Assembly (NCBI GenBank): GCA_951406725.2
Contig: OX597835.1
Coordinates: 10,726,001-10,790,000 of the forward strand
Direction: 5' to 3'
DNA length: 64,000 bases
From: Octopus vulgaris
Lineage: Eukaryota
A program made the translations under genes and the position numbers. Below, piece by piece: positions 39,521-52,157 of the stretch. Under the pieces are notes generated by a model. The model had not been told where the DNA came from. It was given only the letters and a program-made list of their open reading frames with translations, and did no database searches. Position 1 is the first letter of the stretch, and every line of letters begins with the position of its first letter.

Positions 39521-41241
39521 CTGAGGAGGCTCGTTTTGAGTGATTTTGCATAAAATTGTGATGATGATGTTGTTGTTTAGGCTCGGGTCAGCTCTGTGGT
39601 TAAATCACTCTACCCCTGACCCTTCCCATCTTATTTTCAGACAAAATATTCTGGACCACATTATCCAATGTGTTCTTTTTCTAAGTTGAAGTGAAACTTG
39701 AGAGAGATTTCATTGTTGTTTCTAGCATTTTGAGAGACTTCAAAGAGGCTATCAGCTTTCTCCTAAAAGTGTTAGTCTTGGTATGGTGTTCATATTCTGG
39801 TGCCAATTATTTTTGGAGAATACTTTTTGTTTATTCCCTTATTCCCTTTTTGATATTTTTGTACTTTTGTCTTTTGATTTCCTTGGTTTTAATTTGGAAC
39901 AAAAAAAGTTTAATTTATAACTTCAAATGCATATTTTCATTTCTGTCTTTTGGTACACTATCTGATGGGGTGCATTTGGGGTTGTGGGGGTCACACTGAC
40001 CTCTCCCGTCAATCTGGATAGACAAGTACCACATTCCAGCCATTGCTATGCTCACTGGAGAGGCTGGGTACTCAAACCAGTATTTTCCAATTTTCTTGTA
40101 TCTACACATCATCCCAATAGACATAGCTGTCCACTTTATCATAATTCCAACTTCATTCCATCTTTGTATGACTGAACAACTAAAAAAACCAAAACAAAAA
40201 CCAAGCAGAACGAGGCGGTTGATTACTTCTTTGTCTGGTTGCATTCATTTAAGACAGCCTCTTCTTTAATTGCTTTTTATTTTTGGTAGATTTCTGCGGC
40301 TTGGCATTGATCTTGTGAACCTTCCGTTTCTGTTTTATTCCAGAACTTTCCAAGCCATTGTTGGCTTTTATATTGGTCGACTTCCTCTTTGTCCAGTCTT
40401 GCAGGATATACACTACACAGACTTTATCTCTTCACGTATTCTTCACTATCTTTCAACTTCTCATTTGATTCCGTTACTGTTATTATTAATTTTATTTTCC
40501 ATTTTTATTTTTAATCCTCTCGTTTTGTTCTTATCTAAATCTTCATCTTCATTATAACTTAGCTTTTAGTTTATTGTTTCTTCAAAAAAAAAAAAAGAGA
40601 GAGAAAAAGTTGTTTTTTTTTATGCTTCCTCCTGTCACCTTTTTACCTTTAATTAGTTTATTTCTGTTCGTTTCAATTCACTTAACTTTCAATTTATTAT
40701 ATTAAACTTGTGGCTTATGAGACTACCAGCAAGTGTGTATATATATATATATACACTGAAGCTCATATTACCGGCACTGAATTCTCTCTTTAATATCGTT
40801 CTGATGTTTCACTCACAAATGTTTTCGGCTAATTTTAATCCCTTGTTCATCACTGCTCTCTCAATGTCATCTGCACTTTTATCAATGGTTCAATCTCTAA
40901 TTGTCTCATTTCAGTATCTAAATCTTTCTTTGGATATTCAATAGTAATTAATTTACCTTGACTTCTAATTAATTTATTGTTTCACAGTTAACAGGACATC
41001 ATCCAGAGCCATAAAGTCTTTGCTAGTCTCGTTAATTCATTAAACCTTCATTGATTTCTATGATTCACCTTCACCGCTCAGCACTTACATTGGGGCACTG
41101 CTAAAATCAGCTGTTCAGGTTAGTTTACAGAGATGGCCAGAGACCTGGTGATAGTGCAACCTTCTTGTTCTAATGTGGCACAGTGACACATTGGTCTCAC
41201 CTTGTATATTTTGGCATCAACATTGAATCCCTGTGTGGAAT

Positions 41242-42001
41242 TTAATCCTTTAGCATTCAGATTATTCTGTCAAATGTAATGCTTATTTCTGCACATGCTC
41301 CGTGCCGGTGGCACGTAAAAAGCACCATCCGATCGTGGCCGTTCGCCAGTCTCGCCTGGCCCCCGTGCCAGTCTCGCCTGGCCCCCGTGCCAGTGGCACA
41401 TAAAAAGCACCATCCGATCATGGCCGTTTGCCAGCCTCGTCTGGCACCTGTGCCGGTGGCACGTAAAAAGCACCATCCGATCGTGGCCGTTTGCCAGCCT
41501 TATCTAGCACCTGTGCCGGTGGCACGTAAAAAGGACCATCCGATCATGGCCGTTTGCCAGCCTTATCTAGCACCTGTGCCGGTGGCACGTAAAAAGGACC
41601 ATCCGATCGTGGCCGTTTGCCAGCCTTATCTAGCACCTGTGCCGGTGGCTCGTAAAAAGGACCATCCGATCGTGGCCGTTTGCCAGCCTCGTCTGGCACC
41701 TGTGCCGGTGGTGCGTAAAAAGCACCCACTACACTCATGGAGTGGTTGGCATTAGGAAGGGCATCCAGCCGTAGAAACACTGCCAGATCAGACTGGGCCT
41801 GGTGCTGCCTTCTGGCTTCCCAGACCCCAGTTTAACCGTCCAACCCATGCCAGCATGGAAAGCGGATGCTAAACGATGATGATGATGATGATGATTGTTT
41901 TCGATAATCATGGATTATCTCGTTGCTTTGAGATTTTAATGATGTGATTGAACATCAAATATTTAAACCATATATGGTCAGTATAAATGCTAAACGATTA
42001 A
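41242..42001. mobile_element. piggyBac-type MITE split by an RTE insertion
   Basis: TTAA at 41242 and 41998; TIRs tcctttagcatt / aatgctaaacga. Confidence 0.72.
41297..41894 (+). mobile_element. RTE-type LINE 3' end with expanded 63-bp tandem array
   Basis: cacctgtgccggtgg at 41445, 41508, 41571, 41634, 41697 plus two earlier variant units; (GAT)n tail. Confidence 0.9.
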
Positions 42002-42444
42002 CAGGTTCTTATGGCAGGTGTTGTCCCTGAAAGGGCAACAAATTGACAAAGTCATTAGAGTGTTGGGTTGGGTAAAATGCTTCATGGGTTTTGTTCTGAC
42101 TCCTTGTATTCTGAGATCAAACCCTGGTGAGGTTAAATTTGTCTTTTTTTCTGGGGCTGATAAAAAGGTGCCAATCCAGGCCATTGGATTAGCAGAAATG
42201 GTAGAATGTCAGACAAATATGGCTTGCAGTACTTGTTATGGACCTTTGCATTCTGATGTCCCTATACTGTAATCCCCACTGACTTGGTTGTCTCAGAAAA
42301 CTGGTTGGGTCTAAAGCACAACTGTCAATAACATTGAGGGCAGCTGGCACTGAGGTGCTATGGCTACAGGTGGCATCCAAAAGCATATTCTGAAGATTCA
42401 CAGAAGCATTGGTCCCAATCACAGAACATTTTTGCTTGTTTTAC

Positions 42445-42825
42445 CTTTTTATTTGCTATGGTCATTGGACTGTGGCCATGCTGGGGCATTGACTTGAAGA
42501 GTTCATTCAAGCAACTTGATACCAGTACTTAATTTTTTATGAAGTGTGGTCCTTATTCTATCAGTCTCTTTTGCTGAACTGCTAAGTTATGGGGATGTAA
42601 ACAAACCAACACTGGTTGACAAGCAGTGAAGGGGGCAAAGACACACACACAAATATATACGACAGGCTTCTTTCAGTTTCTGTCTATCAAATCCACTCCC
42701 AGGGCTCTGATCGGCCCGAGGCAGTAATAGAAGACACTTGCCCAAGGTGCCATGCAGTGGGACTGAACCTGGAACCATGCAGTTCAGAAGCAAACTTCTC
42801 ACCACCCAACCTCACCTGCTCCTAT
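42445..42825 (-). mobile_element. SINE family A (diverged)
   Basis: Reverse-complement match to family A. Confidence 0.8.
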
Positions 42826-43897
42826 GTTTAAGCCCCTAAATGAACCCCCAGTTCAGAGAATGTTGTTATTTGACTGGGTACCAGTCATACATGTGGGTAT
42901 AGTATTCAGATTTACACCACTTTGAGGGGGGGAGGCGCTCTAAGACAAAACTGAAACCTTACTATTTGATGGTGGTGGTCGTTGTTATTGTCATGATAGT
43001 AGTAATAGCAGCAGTAGCAGTGGTGGTGATAGCAGCAGTAGTAGTAGTGGTAGTAGTGGTGGTGGTGGTGGTAGTAGTATCAATAACAGCAGTAATGTTT
43101 CCCTAACTCCTCTTATTACCAAAATCTCTCTCTTTTTTTCCACCTTTTTTTTTTTTTTAATATATCCAATTCTAACCTCCCAGAGAACCAATATCCTTTC
43201 TCCTTTCTTCCATCAATGGTTCTGTTCATATCTTTTTTTTTTTTTTTTTTTCCAGATGAGCAAACAGGGTTTATAAACTTTCGGTAAACATGTTTCTGTT
43301 ACATAAGTTCTTTATGAGGAAGTCTGTGACCTTTTTGTTTTTTTTTGCTTTTAGGAAGGGCTACGATATTACCATCTTTATTCAACTGCAGATATTGATT
43401 AGTTTTCATCTCGTTAGCTGCTGATTACAGTTCATTAAACCTTAGTGCCATGACTACATATATATATTAGTTAAGTACTGCAACCATAACTTGGAAACTT
43501 TATTAATTTCCAGGAGCCTTCCAGATTCTAACAGTTTTAATTATTTTGGTAAATTTCCTGCTAGTTAAGTTTGGGCCGTATTTATGGCATTACTGTGTTT
43601 TATTATTATTATTTTTTTTTTTATGTTGTTGTTGTTTCTTCACTTCAAATTCATTGTGTTATCTTTATTGTCTTCGATATTTTGGTTCCATATAATCTGC
43701 CACCATAATTGGATTTCTATTGTTGCTACTGTACATTCCATTCTGCTGTTTCTTTTAATTTAGATTCTTGCAACGGAATCTTTCAGTGTTTATTTCAAAT
43801 ACATATTTCTCATGGAAAAAACCACTTAAATAGTGTTTTATAATGCATCGAAGCTCCTGTCAGGAGCAATGGCCTTTAGCTGCTGCTGCTTCTGCTG

Positions 43898-43997
<100 letters not shown>

Positions 43998-44504
43998 ACC
44001 ACTACCACCACTATCACCACTACCACCACTATCACCACCACCACCACCCCACCACCACTATCACCACCACCACCACCACTATCACCACTATCACCCCCCC
44101 ACCACCACTACCAACATCCCCACCCCCACCACCACCCCCACCCCCACCCCCCCCCCACCCCCCCCCCCCCCCCCCCACCACCACCACCACCCCCCACCAC
44201 CACCACAGCAACAACAATTGGGTCCATTCTGCTTTACTTTCTTCTAATGGCTGCAGGGTGATGTTTTTTGTGGTCACTTGTCCTTCATGCTGTTGCAGCC
44301 ACAACCTTCCTCAGCAGGTTCTTTGTTGAGACAGTGAAACTACTAGAAATAGCTGCCAAATCTCAACTCAAGTGCCGTTTCTAAATTCATTATGCTTGAA
44401 GAACTGATGGAATGGTCATGGCTGGAAATATACTCAGCTGTAAAAGAGTAACACTGCAATGGATTGGCATCCAGTTCAGGGTAAAAGATATCATTTCAGG
44501 CACT

Positions 44505-44726
44505 TATGACGGGGTACTGAAAAGTCCCTGGCTTTAAGGTTATCACAAAAGGCCTGGATGAAGGCCCAGCCTTCTGAGTTCTTTTGCAGGGCTTAGAAAA
44601 AACTGAAGGACCACTGCAATAAATGTGTGAATCTGAGTGAGGAATTTGTTGAATAAAATCATAATTTACTGATTCTCCTCTGTTTTCTTTTACCCAAAGC
44701 CAAGAAGCTTCAGTACCCACCTCATA
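44505..44726 (+). mobile_element. Mariner-derived MITE (internal deletion derivative)
   Basis: TA flanks; TIRs tgacggggtactgaaaagtccctggcttt / aaagccaagaagcttcagtacccacctca; remnant EKLKDHCNKCVNLSEEFVE* resembles the mariner C-terminus. Confidence 0.8.
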
Positions 44727-44829
44727 TATGCTATAGAAGCCAGCTAGCTGAACTTATGGGTCTTATGAGTTGAGTAATGTCCAAGAATTGAGGATGACAC
44801 GTTATATGATAGTTATATACAGATTGTAT

Positions 44830-45310
44830 AGCATTTATGTAATGTAGATAGATTTATAGCAGTTGTGTAATGTAGGAAGATCATAGTGAGTTATGTAATG
44901 TAGACAGATTATATATGAGCTATGTAATGTAGGCAGAATGTACAGCAGTTATGTAATGTAGGCAGCTCATATAGCAATTATGTAATGTAGGCAGATCATA
45001 TAGGAATTATGTAATGTAAGCAGATTGTATAGCAGTTATGTAATGTAGGCAGCTCATATATGAGTTATGTAATGTAGGTAGATTGTATAGCAGTTATGTA
45101 ATGTAAGCAGATCATATATGAGTTATGTAATTTTGACAGATCATATAGGAGTTATGTAATGTAGGCAGATTGTATAGCAGTTATGTAATATAGGCAGATC
45201 ATATATGAGTTATGTAATGTAGGCAGATTGTATGATGGTTTTGTTAATGTAAGCACATTGTTTAGAAGTTGTGCCATATAGGCAAACTGTATAGGTGTTA
45301 TGTAATACAG
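44830..45310. repeat. 29-bp minisatellite with TTATGTAA core, about 16-17 units
   Basis: agttatgtaatgtaggcagat(t/c)(g/a)tata.. with 29-bp spacing (44949, 44978, 45007 ... 45210). Confidence 0.93.
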
Positions 45311-45429
45311 GCAACTGTATGGAAGTTATGTAGAACAGGTATAGTGTGTTGAAGGTGTGTAATGCTGAAAGAGTGTATGAAACTTGTGTAAGTAGTGTAC
45401 TGTTGCACAATAAGTGAGAGTCTTGGATT

Positions 45430-45780
45430 TATTGTTGAAGAATGTGTGAATCTCTTGGAGAGAAAAGAATGCAATATGATCCAAAGGATGTGCAACGGCA
45501 AAAGAAAACATCTGGACATTAAAATCTTCATCTGTAGAAAGAAAGCGAGGGTTGTGTTTGTGTGTGAATATCTGATATGAATGGACAAGTGATAAAAAGG
45601 TTGAATGCTGATAGTTGTAGAAATGTAGGCAGTCATAAGAAAAGATAAAGGAAAATATGAGAATCAAAGTCAAGATCAGAGGTTGTTGGGTTTCCGAACA
45701 TGATGATGAGATCAAAATAAACGGTAATCTTCCTTCTTCGCACACTGCAAACCTCTTCAACTGATGCCGCCATAGAAAAT
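45430..45780 (+). mobile_element. Very old RTE ORF2 3' remnant
   Basis: LLERKECNMIQRMCN resembles RTE LER.E..MLRWMC; heavily decayed. Confidence 0.4.
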
Positions 45781-46029
45781 AGATGTTGGACTGATTATTA
45801 TTCTGACTATTGTCAGAATTATTGAATGAAAGAAATGGCAGTGAGCCATAGAGAATGTCAAGAGTTGTTTACGGTCTTTAACTTTCTGAGTTCAGTTCCG
45901 ACAGAAGTCCACTTTCGCTGTTCTGGGGGTTTATAAATAATAATAATAATAATAATAATATTAATAATAATAATGATAATTATTATAAGAAGAATGATAA
46001 TACTAGTAATTATTTAAAAAATTTTTTTC

Positions 46030-46541
46030 CTTATGGGCGGCTTGGGGGAGGTGGGGGTTAAGTCAATTACATCGACCCCAGTGTTCAACTGGTACTTATT
46101 TTATTGACCTCAAAAGGATGAAAGGCAAAGTCGACCTCAGCAGAATTTGAACTCAGAATGTAGTGATGGGCAAAATGCTGTTAAGCATTTCGTCCAGCAT
46201 GCTAAAGATTCTGCCGGCTCACTTCCCCAATGATAATACTACTAATGATAATGGTTCAGATTTTGACTCAAGGCTTGCAATTTTCGGAGAGGAGATAAGT
46301 CGATTACATTGAAACGCCCCTCCCCCATCCCCAGTACACACCTGGTACCTATTTTATCAACTCCGAAACGATAAAGGGCAAAGTCAGCCTTGGTGGAATT
46401 TGAACTCAAATTAAGGTGGATGAAATAATGTTTAGCATTTAACCCGGCGTGCTAACGATTTTGCCTGCTCACCACCTCAGGACTGATGATAATGATGATG
46501 ATGATGATTTTGCCTCAAGGGCAGCAATTTGAGGGGTGGGG

Positions 46542-46575
<34 letters not shown>

Positions 46576-46760
46576 TAATAACCGTTTCTACTCTAGGCAC
46601 AAGGCATGGGCTTTGTGGGGAGAGGGACAGTTGATCACATTGACCCCAATATGCAACTGGTACTTAATTTATCAACTCTGAAGGATGAAAGGCAAAGTTG
46701 ACCACAAAATGCTGCTAAGTATTTTGCTCAACGTGCTGATGATTCTACCATCTCGCTTCC

Positions 46761-46816
<56 letters not shown>

Positions 46817-47029
46817 CCTTTCTACTGGAGGCACGAGGCCTTAGATGTGTGGAGAGGGCCCTAGTTGATTACATCAACACCAGTACGCAACTGGTACTTA
46901 ATTTATCAACTCTGAAAGGTTGAAAGGCAAAGTCGACCTTGGCGGAATTTGAACTCAGAACGTAGTAGCAGATGAAATACTGCTAAGCATTTTGCCCGGC
47001 GTGCTAATGATTCTGCCAGCTCACCACCC

Positions 47030-47068
<39 letters not shown>

Positions 47069-47291
47069 TAATAATAATCCTTTCTACTGGAGGCACAAGG
47101 CCTTAGATTTGTGGGGAGGGGACTAGTTGATTACATCAACCCCAGTACGCAACTGGTACTTAATTTATCAACCCCGAAAGGATGAAAGACAAAGTCGACC
47201 TCGGCGGAATTTGAACTCAGAACATAGTAGCAGATGAAATACTGCTAAGCATTTCGCCCGGCGTGCTAATGATTCTGCCAGCTCACCACCC

Positions 47292-47335
<44 letters not shown>

Positions 47336-47340
47336 GTAAC
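46030..47340 (-). mobile_element. Head-to-tail array of five SINE C copies separated by (AAT)n
   Basis: Copies at ~46030, 46252, 46583, 46815, 47077; the last two are near-identical (~262-bp unit). Confidence 0.9.
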
Positions 47341-47571
47341 TATTATAATAAAAAGTTGGGGTGCTACTATTGAAGCAAGGTAGAACTGTTAAAATGGAAG
47401 GAATTATGTGAGCAGAGGGACAAGTTATGGAGGAAATTGGCAACAAGTAAATGTACGTAGGCATCCTGGAAACAGACCAAATGAAGAAATTGATATCAAA
47501 GGAATATAAATTGAGATTGGAATTGGTGTTAATGACAAAGTGGTAGGAATAAAATACTGGCTGTCAACATA

Positions 47572-47898
47572 GGCATAGGTGTGGCTGTGTGGTAAGTAGC
47601 TTGCTTACCAACAACATGGTTCCGGGTTCAGTCCCGCTGCGTGGCACCTTGGGCAAGTATCTTCCACTATAGCCTCGGGCTGACCAAAGCCTTGTGAGTG
47701 GATTTGGTAGACGGAAACTGAAAGAAGCCCGTTGTATACATGTCATCATCATCATCATCATCATCGTTTAACGTCCGTTTTCCGCGCTAGCACGGGTTGG
47801 ACGGTTCGACCGGGGTCTGGGAAGCCAGGTGCTGCTCCAATCTCCAGTCTGATCTGGCAGAGTTTCTATGGCTGGATGCCCTTCCTAACGCCAACCAC

Positions 47899-47932
<34 letters not shown>

Positions 47933-48137
47933 AGGTTTGTGTTTGTCCCCCAACATCACTTGACAACCGATGCTGGTGTGTTTACGTCCCCGTAACTTAG
48001 CAGTTCGGCAAAAGAGACTGATAGAATAAGTACTAGGCTTACAAAGAATAAGTCCTGGGGTCAATTTGCTCGACTAAAGGTGGTGCTCCAGCATGGCAAC
48101 AGTCAAATGACTGAAACAAGTAAAAGAGTAAAAAGAG
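47572..48137 (+). mobile_element. SINE family A with nested minus-strand RTE tail (47743-47898), inside Dong/R4
   Basis: Family match. Confidence 0.88.
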
Positions 48138-48309
48138 ATATGGGTCGTTGCTGCTCTCAAGTGTAGCACTGGTGTGATAGAGTGGAGAGTGATGAACTTA
48201 AGGAGCTTGATAGAAAGATCAGGAAAATGATGGCACTCCAAGGGGCTCTGCACCCTAAGCATGATGTGATTAGGTTGTGTCTATTGTGACAGAGAGAAGG
48301 AAGAGGTCT

Positions 48310-48578
48310 GGCTTCCGTGTCGGTGGCACGTAAAAACCACCAACCGATCGTGGCCATTGCCAGCCTCCCCTGGCACCTTTGCCGGTGGCACGTAAAAAGC
48401 ACCCATTACACACATGGAGTGGTTGTCGTTAGGAAGGGCAACCAGTTGTAGAAACACTGCCGGATCAGACTGGAGCCTGGTGCAGCCTCCTGGCTTCCCA
48501 GACCCCGGTCGAACCATCCAACCCATACTAGCATGGAAAACGGACGTTAAACGATGATGATGATGATGATGATGATGA
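48310..48578 (+). mobile_element. RTE-type LINE 3' end inside Dong/R4
   Basis: Family 3'UTR plus (GAT)n. Confidence 0.85.
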
Positions 48579-49019
48579 CGAAGATCTGGGAATGGACTAG
48601 GGAAAGTAACTTGAAAGTTGAAACTGGGGCCCTTATTTTCTCAGCCCAAGGTTAGGCCCTGAGAAGGAGCTATATCAAGTGCAAGACTGACAGGTCAACT
48701 TCACTTTGTGGTTTGTGTTTTGAGAAAAGTGGAACAATAAACCACATTATTAGTGAATGTAAGATTCTTACAGAGAAAGATTACAAAAGAACGCACCACA
48801 ACATTGCCGGATTGGTTCACTGGAAGCTCTGTCATTAGGATGATACGTGCAGAAGTGAGAAACGAGATGAGCGCCAACAAGAAAGGATTACTGAAAATGA
48901 ATAATATAAAATCTTGTGGGACATGGCCACAGTTGAATACTGGGGTCAACAAAATTCACTTATCCCCTCCCCTGAAATAGCTGGCATTGTGCCAAAATGT
49001 GAAACCAATTTTGTTATTA

Positions 49020-49240
49020 AGAAGGTTGTGAGCTGGCTGAAGCGTTAGCACGCTGGGCCAATTGCATAGTGGCATTTTGTCTGTCTTTTAATTCTGAGTT
49101 CAAATTCCATTGAAGTTGACTTTCACTCTTATCCTTTTGTGATTGATAAAATAAATACCAGTTAATTACCGGGGTCGATGTAATGGCCTTAGTGCCTCTT
49201 CCAAAATAGCTGACCTCGTTCTGAAACTTGAAACCAAGAT
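49020..49240 (+). mobile_element. SINE family C (diverged), preceded by another 3' fragment at ~48930-49015
   Basis: gtgagctggctgaagcgttagcacg...ctgagttcaaattcc...gataaaataaataccag. Confidence 0.75.
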
Positions 49241-49321
49241 TATTATGAAGAAGCTGTTGATAGGAGAAAAGGTGAAAGGACCCCAAAAATATGTGCAGAG
49301 AGGGATAGATAGATAGATAGT

Positions 49322-49419
<98 letters not shown>

Positions 49420-49420
<1 letters not shown>

Positions 49421-49722
49421 GAGGCGCAATGGCCCAGTGGTTAGGGCAGTGGACTCGTGGTTGTAGGATCGCGGTTTCGATTCCCAGACCGGGTGTTGTG
49501 AGTGTTTATTGACCGAAAACACCTAATGCTCCACAATGCTCCGGCAGGATAGTGGTGGCAAACCCTGCTGTACTCTTTCGCCACATCTTTCTCTCACTCT
49601 TTCTTCTGTTGGCCTGCTCGCTTAGCCAGCGGGGTGGCGTCATTTGAAGGCTAAAACAGTGCGAAGCGCATTGTGACCAGCGATGTGTAGCAACATCTGA
49701 TAGCCTGGTCGGTCACAGTGAT
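49420..49722 (+). mobile_element. SINE family B
   Basis: Matches 34345-34648. Confidence 0.88.
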
Positions 49723-49729
49723 CACAGTG

Positions 49730-50141
49730 ATGGCTGTGTGGTAAGTAGCTTGCTTACCAACCACATGGTTCCGGGTTCAGTCCCACTGCGTGGCACCTTG
49801 GGCAAGTGTCTTCTACTATAGCCTCGGGCCGACCAAAGCCTTGTGAGTGGATTTGGTAGACGGAAACTGAAAGAAGCCCGTCGTGTATATGTATATATAT
49901 ATATATATATGCGTGTGTGTGTTTGTGTAAGTGTGTTTGTCCCCCTAGCATTGCTTGACAACCAATGCTGGTGTGTTTATGTCCCCGTTACTTAGCGGTT
50001 CGGCAAAAGAGACCGATAGAATAAGTACTGGGCTTACAAAAGAATAAGTCCCGGGGTCGAGTTGCTCGATTAAAGGCGGTGCTCCAGCATGGCCGCAGTC
50101 AAATGACTGAAACAAGTAAAAGAGTAAAAGAGTAAAAGAGT
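49730..50141 (+). mobile_element. SINE family A, young, abutting SINE B
   Basis: Near-consensus copy. Confidence 0.9.
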
Positions 50142-51325
50142 ATATATATATATAACGGGAAGCTTTATGAAAATAGACAAAGACGAAGAGAGAGAGAGAG
50201 AGGGAGAGAGAGAGAGAGAAAGAATATGATGCTGGGTGATGGAGAGAATATGCCAGAGTGGACAGAGGCTGATAAAATATGGTCTTTTATTCTATCCCTT
50301 GGCATTTTAGGATCAATTCCCACCAAGGGTGACTTTACCATTTATTCTTCTTTCCAATTTGATAAAATAAATTCCAGAACACACCATTACTAGTTTGTAT
50401 AACCAATTCCATTCTATCGCATTCATAGACCCATGCCTATGCTGTCTGCTGCTTCTGGTCGGAATCACCTTGGTCATCGTAGAAATGACTTTTGTCTGTG
50501 AATTTCATGAATTTTTATGTAATTTTTGCCCTAAAAGGGATTTGGAATCATTATTTTTGTGGTTGGTTTATGCAGAGAAATCAAGTTGTGGTATTGCCAT
50601 TTGAATTTTCCTTTCATGGCGGCCCCTACGGAGTCGTATCCATTTCGAAGCACTTTCCTTCTTTCTTTTCTTTCCTTTTTTGTTTTTTTTTCAGATTTCT
50701 TATTTTCGTCATTTAACTTTTATGATCTTCAGGAAAACATGAGTACCACAAATTCCCTTCTCTCTTTCCTCATTAAATAGCATCCATGATGCCATCATCA
50801 TCATCATCAACATCATCATAATTATCAAGAGTATTGTTATTATTCTCTTCCTCCTCCTCCTCCTCCTTCCATTCGCATTAGTAACATAATCTTCACCACT
50901 ACCACCATCATCATCACCACCATCACTATCATCATCATCATCATCATCACCACCACCTTCACCACCACCACCACCATCATCATCACCACCATCACTATCA
51001 TCATCATTATCATCATCACCACCACCACCACCTTCACCACCACCACCACCATCATCATCACCACCATCACTATCAACATCATTATCATCATCATCACCAC
51101 TACCACCACCTTCACCACTACTACCACCATCATCACCACCACCATCACTATCATCATCATTATCATCATCACTACCACCACCATCATCATCACCACTACC
51201 ATCATTGTCGTCATTGATAAACAGTACCAGTCAAGTACCGAGGTGCAAGGGTTGTCAATTTAATTAGCTAACCTCCTCCCCTTAGAATTACTGGCTTTAT
51301 GCCAACATTTGAAACCATCATTACA

Positions 51326-51364
<39 letters not shown>

Positions 51365-51558
51365 ACACTGTGTAATATTCATCATCATCATCATTGCAAT
51401 GGTTGTCATCCTGCCTCTTCTTACTCAGGTTACTCCACCTCATTTATCTGGTTAATTTCTCTGTGAAACAGGATGAATGCCTCAACCTCTCAGTGTTTTG
51501 ACTCTCCTACTACTACACACCCATTACACACAAAACCACCACCACCACCACCACCTCG

Positions 51559-51607
<49 letters not shown>

Positions 51608-51629
51608 ATAATAATAATAATAATGATAA

Positions 51630-51869
51630 TCCGTTTTACTGTAGGTTCAAGGCCTGGGATTTTAGGGGAGAGGTTAAGTCGATTACATCAACCCCAGTAC
51701 TCAACTGGTACTTAATTTATCAACCCCATAGGGATGAAAGGCAAAGTCAACCTTGGTGGAATTTGAACTCAGGATGCAAAGATTGACGAAGCTCCACTAA
51801 GCATTTTGCCCGGCATGCTAACAACTCTGCCAGCTTTCTGTCTTAATAATAATAATAATAATAATAATG

Positions 51870-51942
<73 letters not shown>

Positions 51943-52157
51943 TGATGATGATAGTAGTAAAAGTTTCAAATTTCAGCACAAGGCCAGCAATATTGGGGAG
52001 GGGGAAAGTGAATTACATTGACCCCAGTACTTGACTGGTGCTGATTTTATTGACCCCTCAAAAGGATGAAAGGCAAAACTGACCTCAGCTGGATTTGAAA
52101 TCAGAATGTAAAGTTGAAGAAAATGGTGCTCAATGATTCTGCTGGTTTGTTGCCTTA
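51630..52157 (-). mobile_element. Two tandem SINE C copies embedded in (AAT)n
   Basis: Copies ~51630-51843 and ~51963-52157. Confidence 0.82.

Larger units (their letters stand above)
47350..48922 (+). mobile_element. Dong/R4-clade non-LTR retrotransposon remnant (RT thumb to CCHC knuckle), split by two insertions
   Basis: MYVGILETDQMKKLISKEYKLRL; DELKELDRKIRKMMALQGALHPKHDV..GRGL; LKVETGALIFSAQ..CGLCFEKSGTINHIISECKIL..DYKRTHHNIAGLVHWKLC..KILWD; contains stops and frameshifts. Confidence 0.87.

Noticed and set aside
41279-41755. 158-aa ORF with 21-aa repeats
   Set aside because: By-product of the 63-bp tandem unit in the RTE 3'UTR
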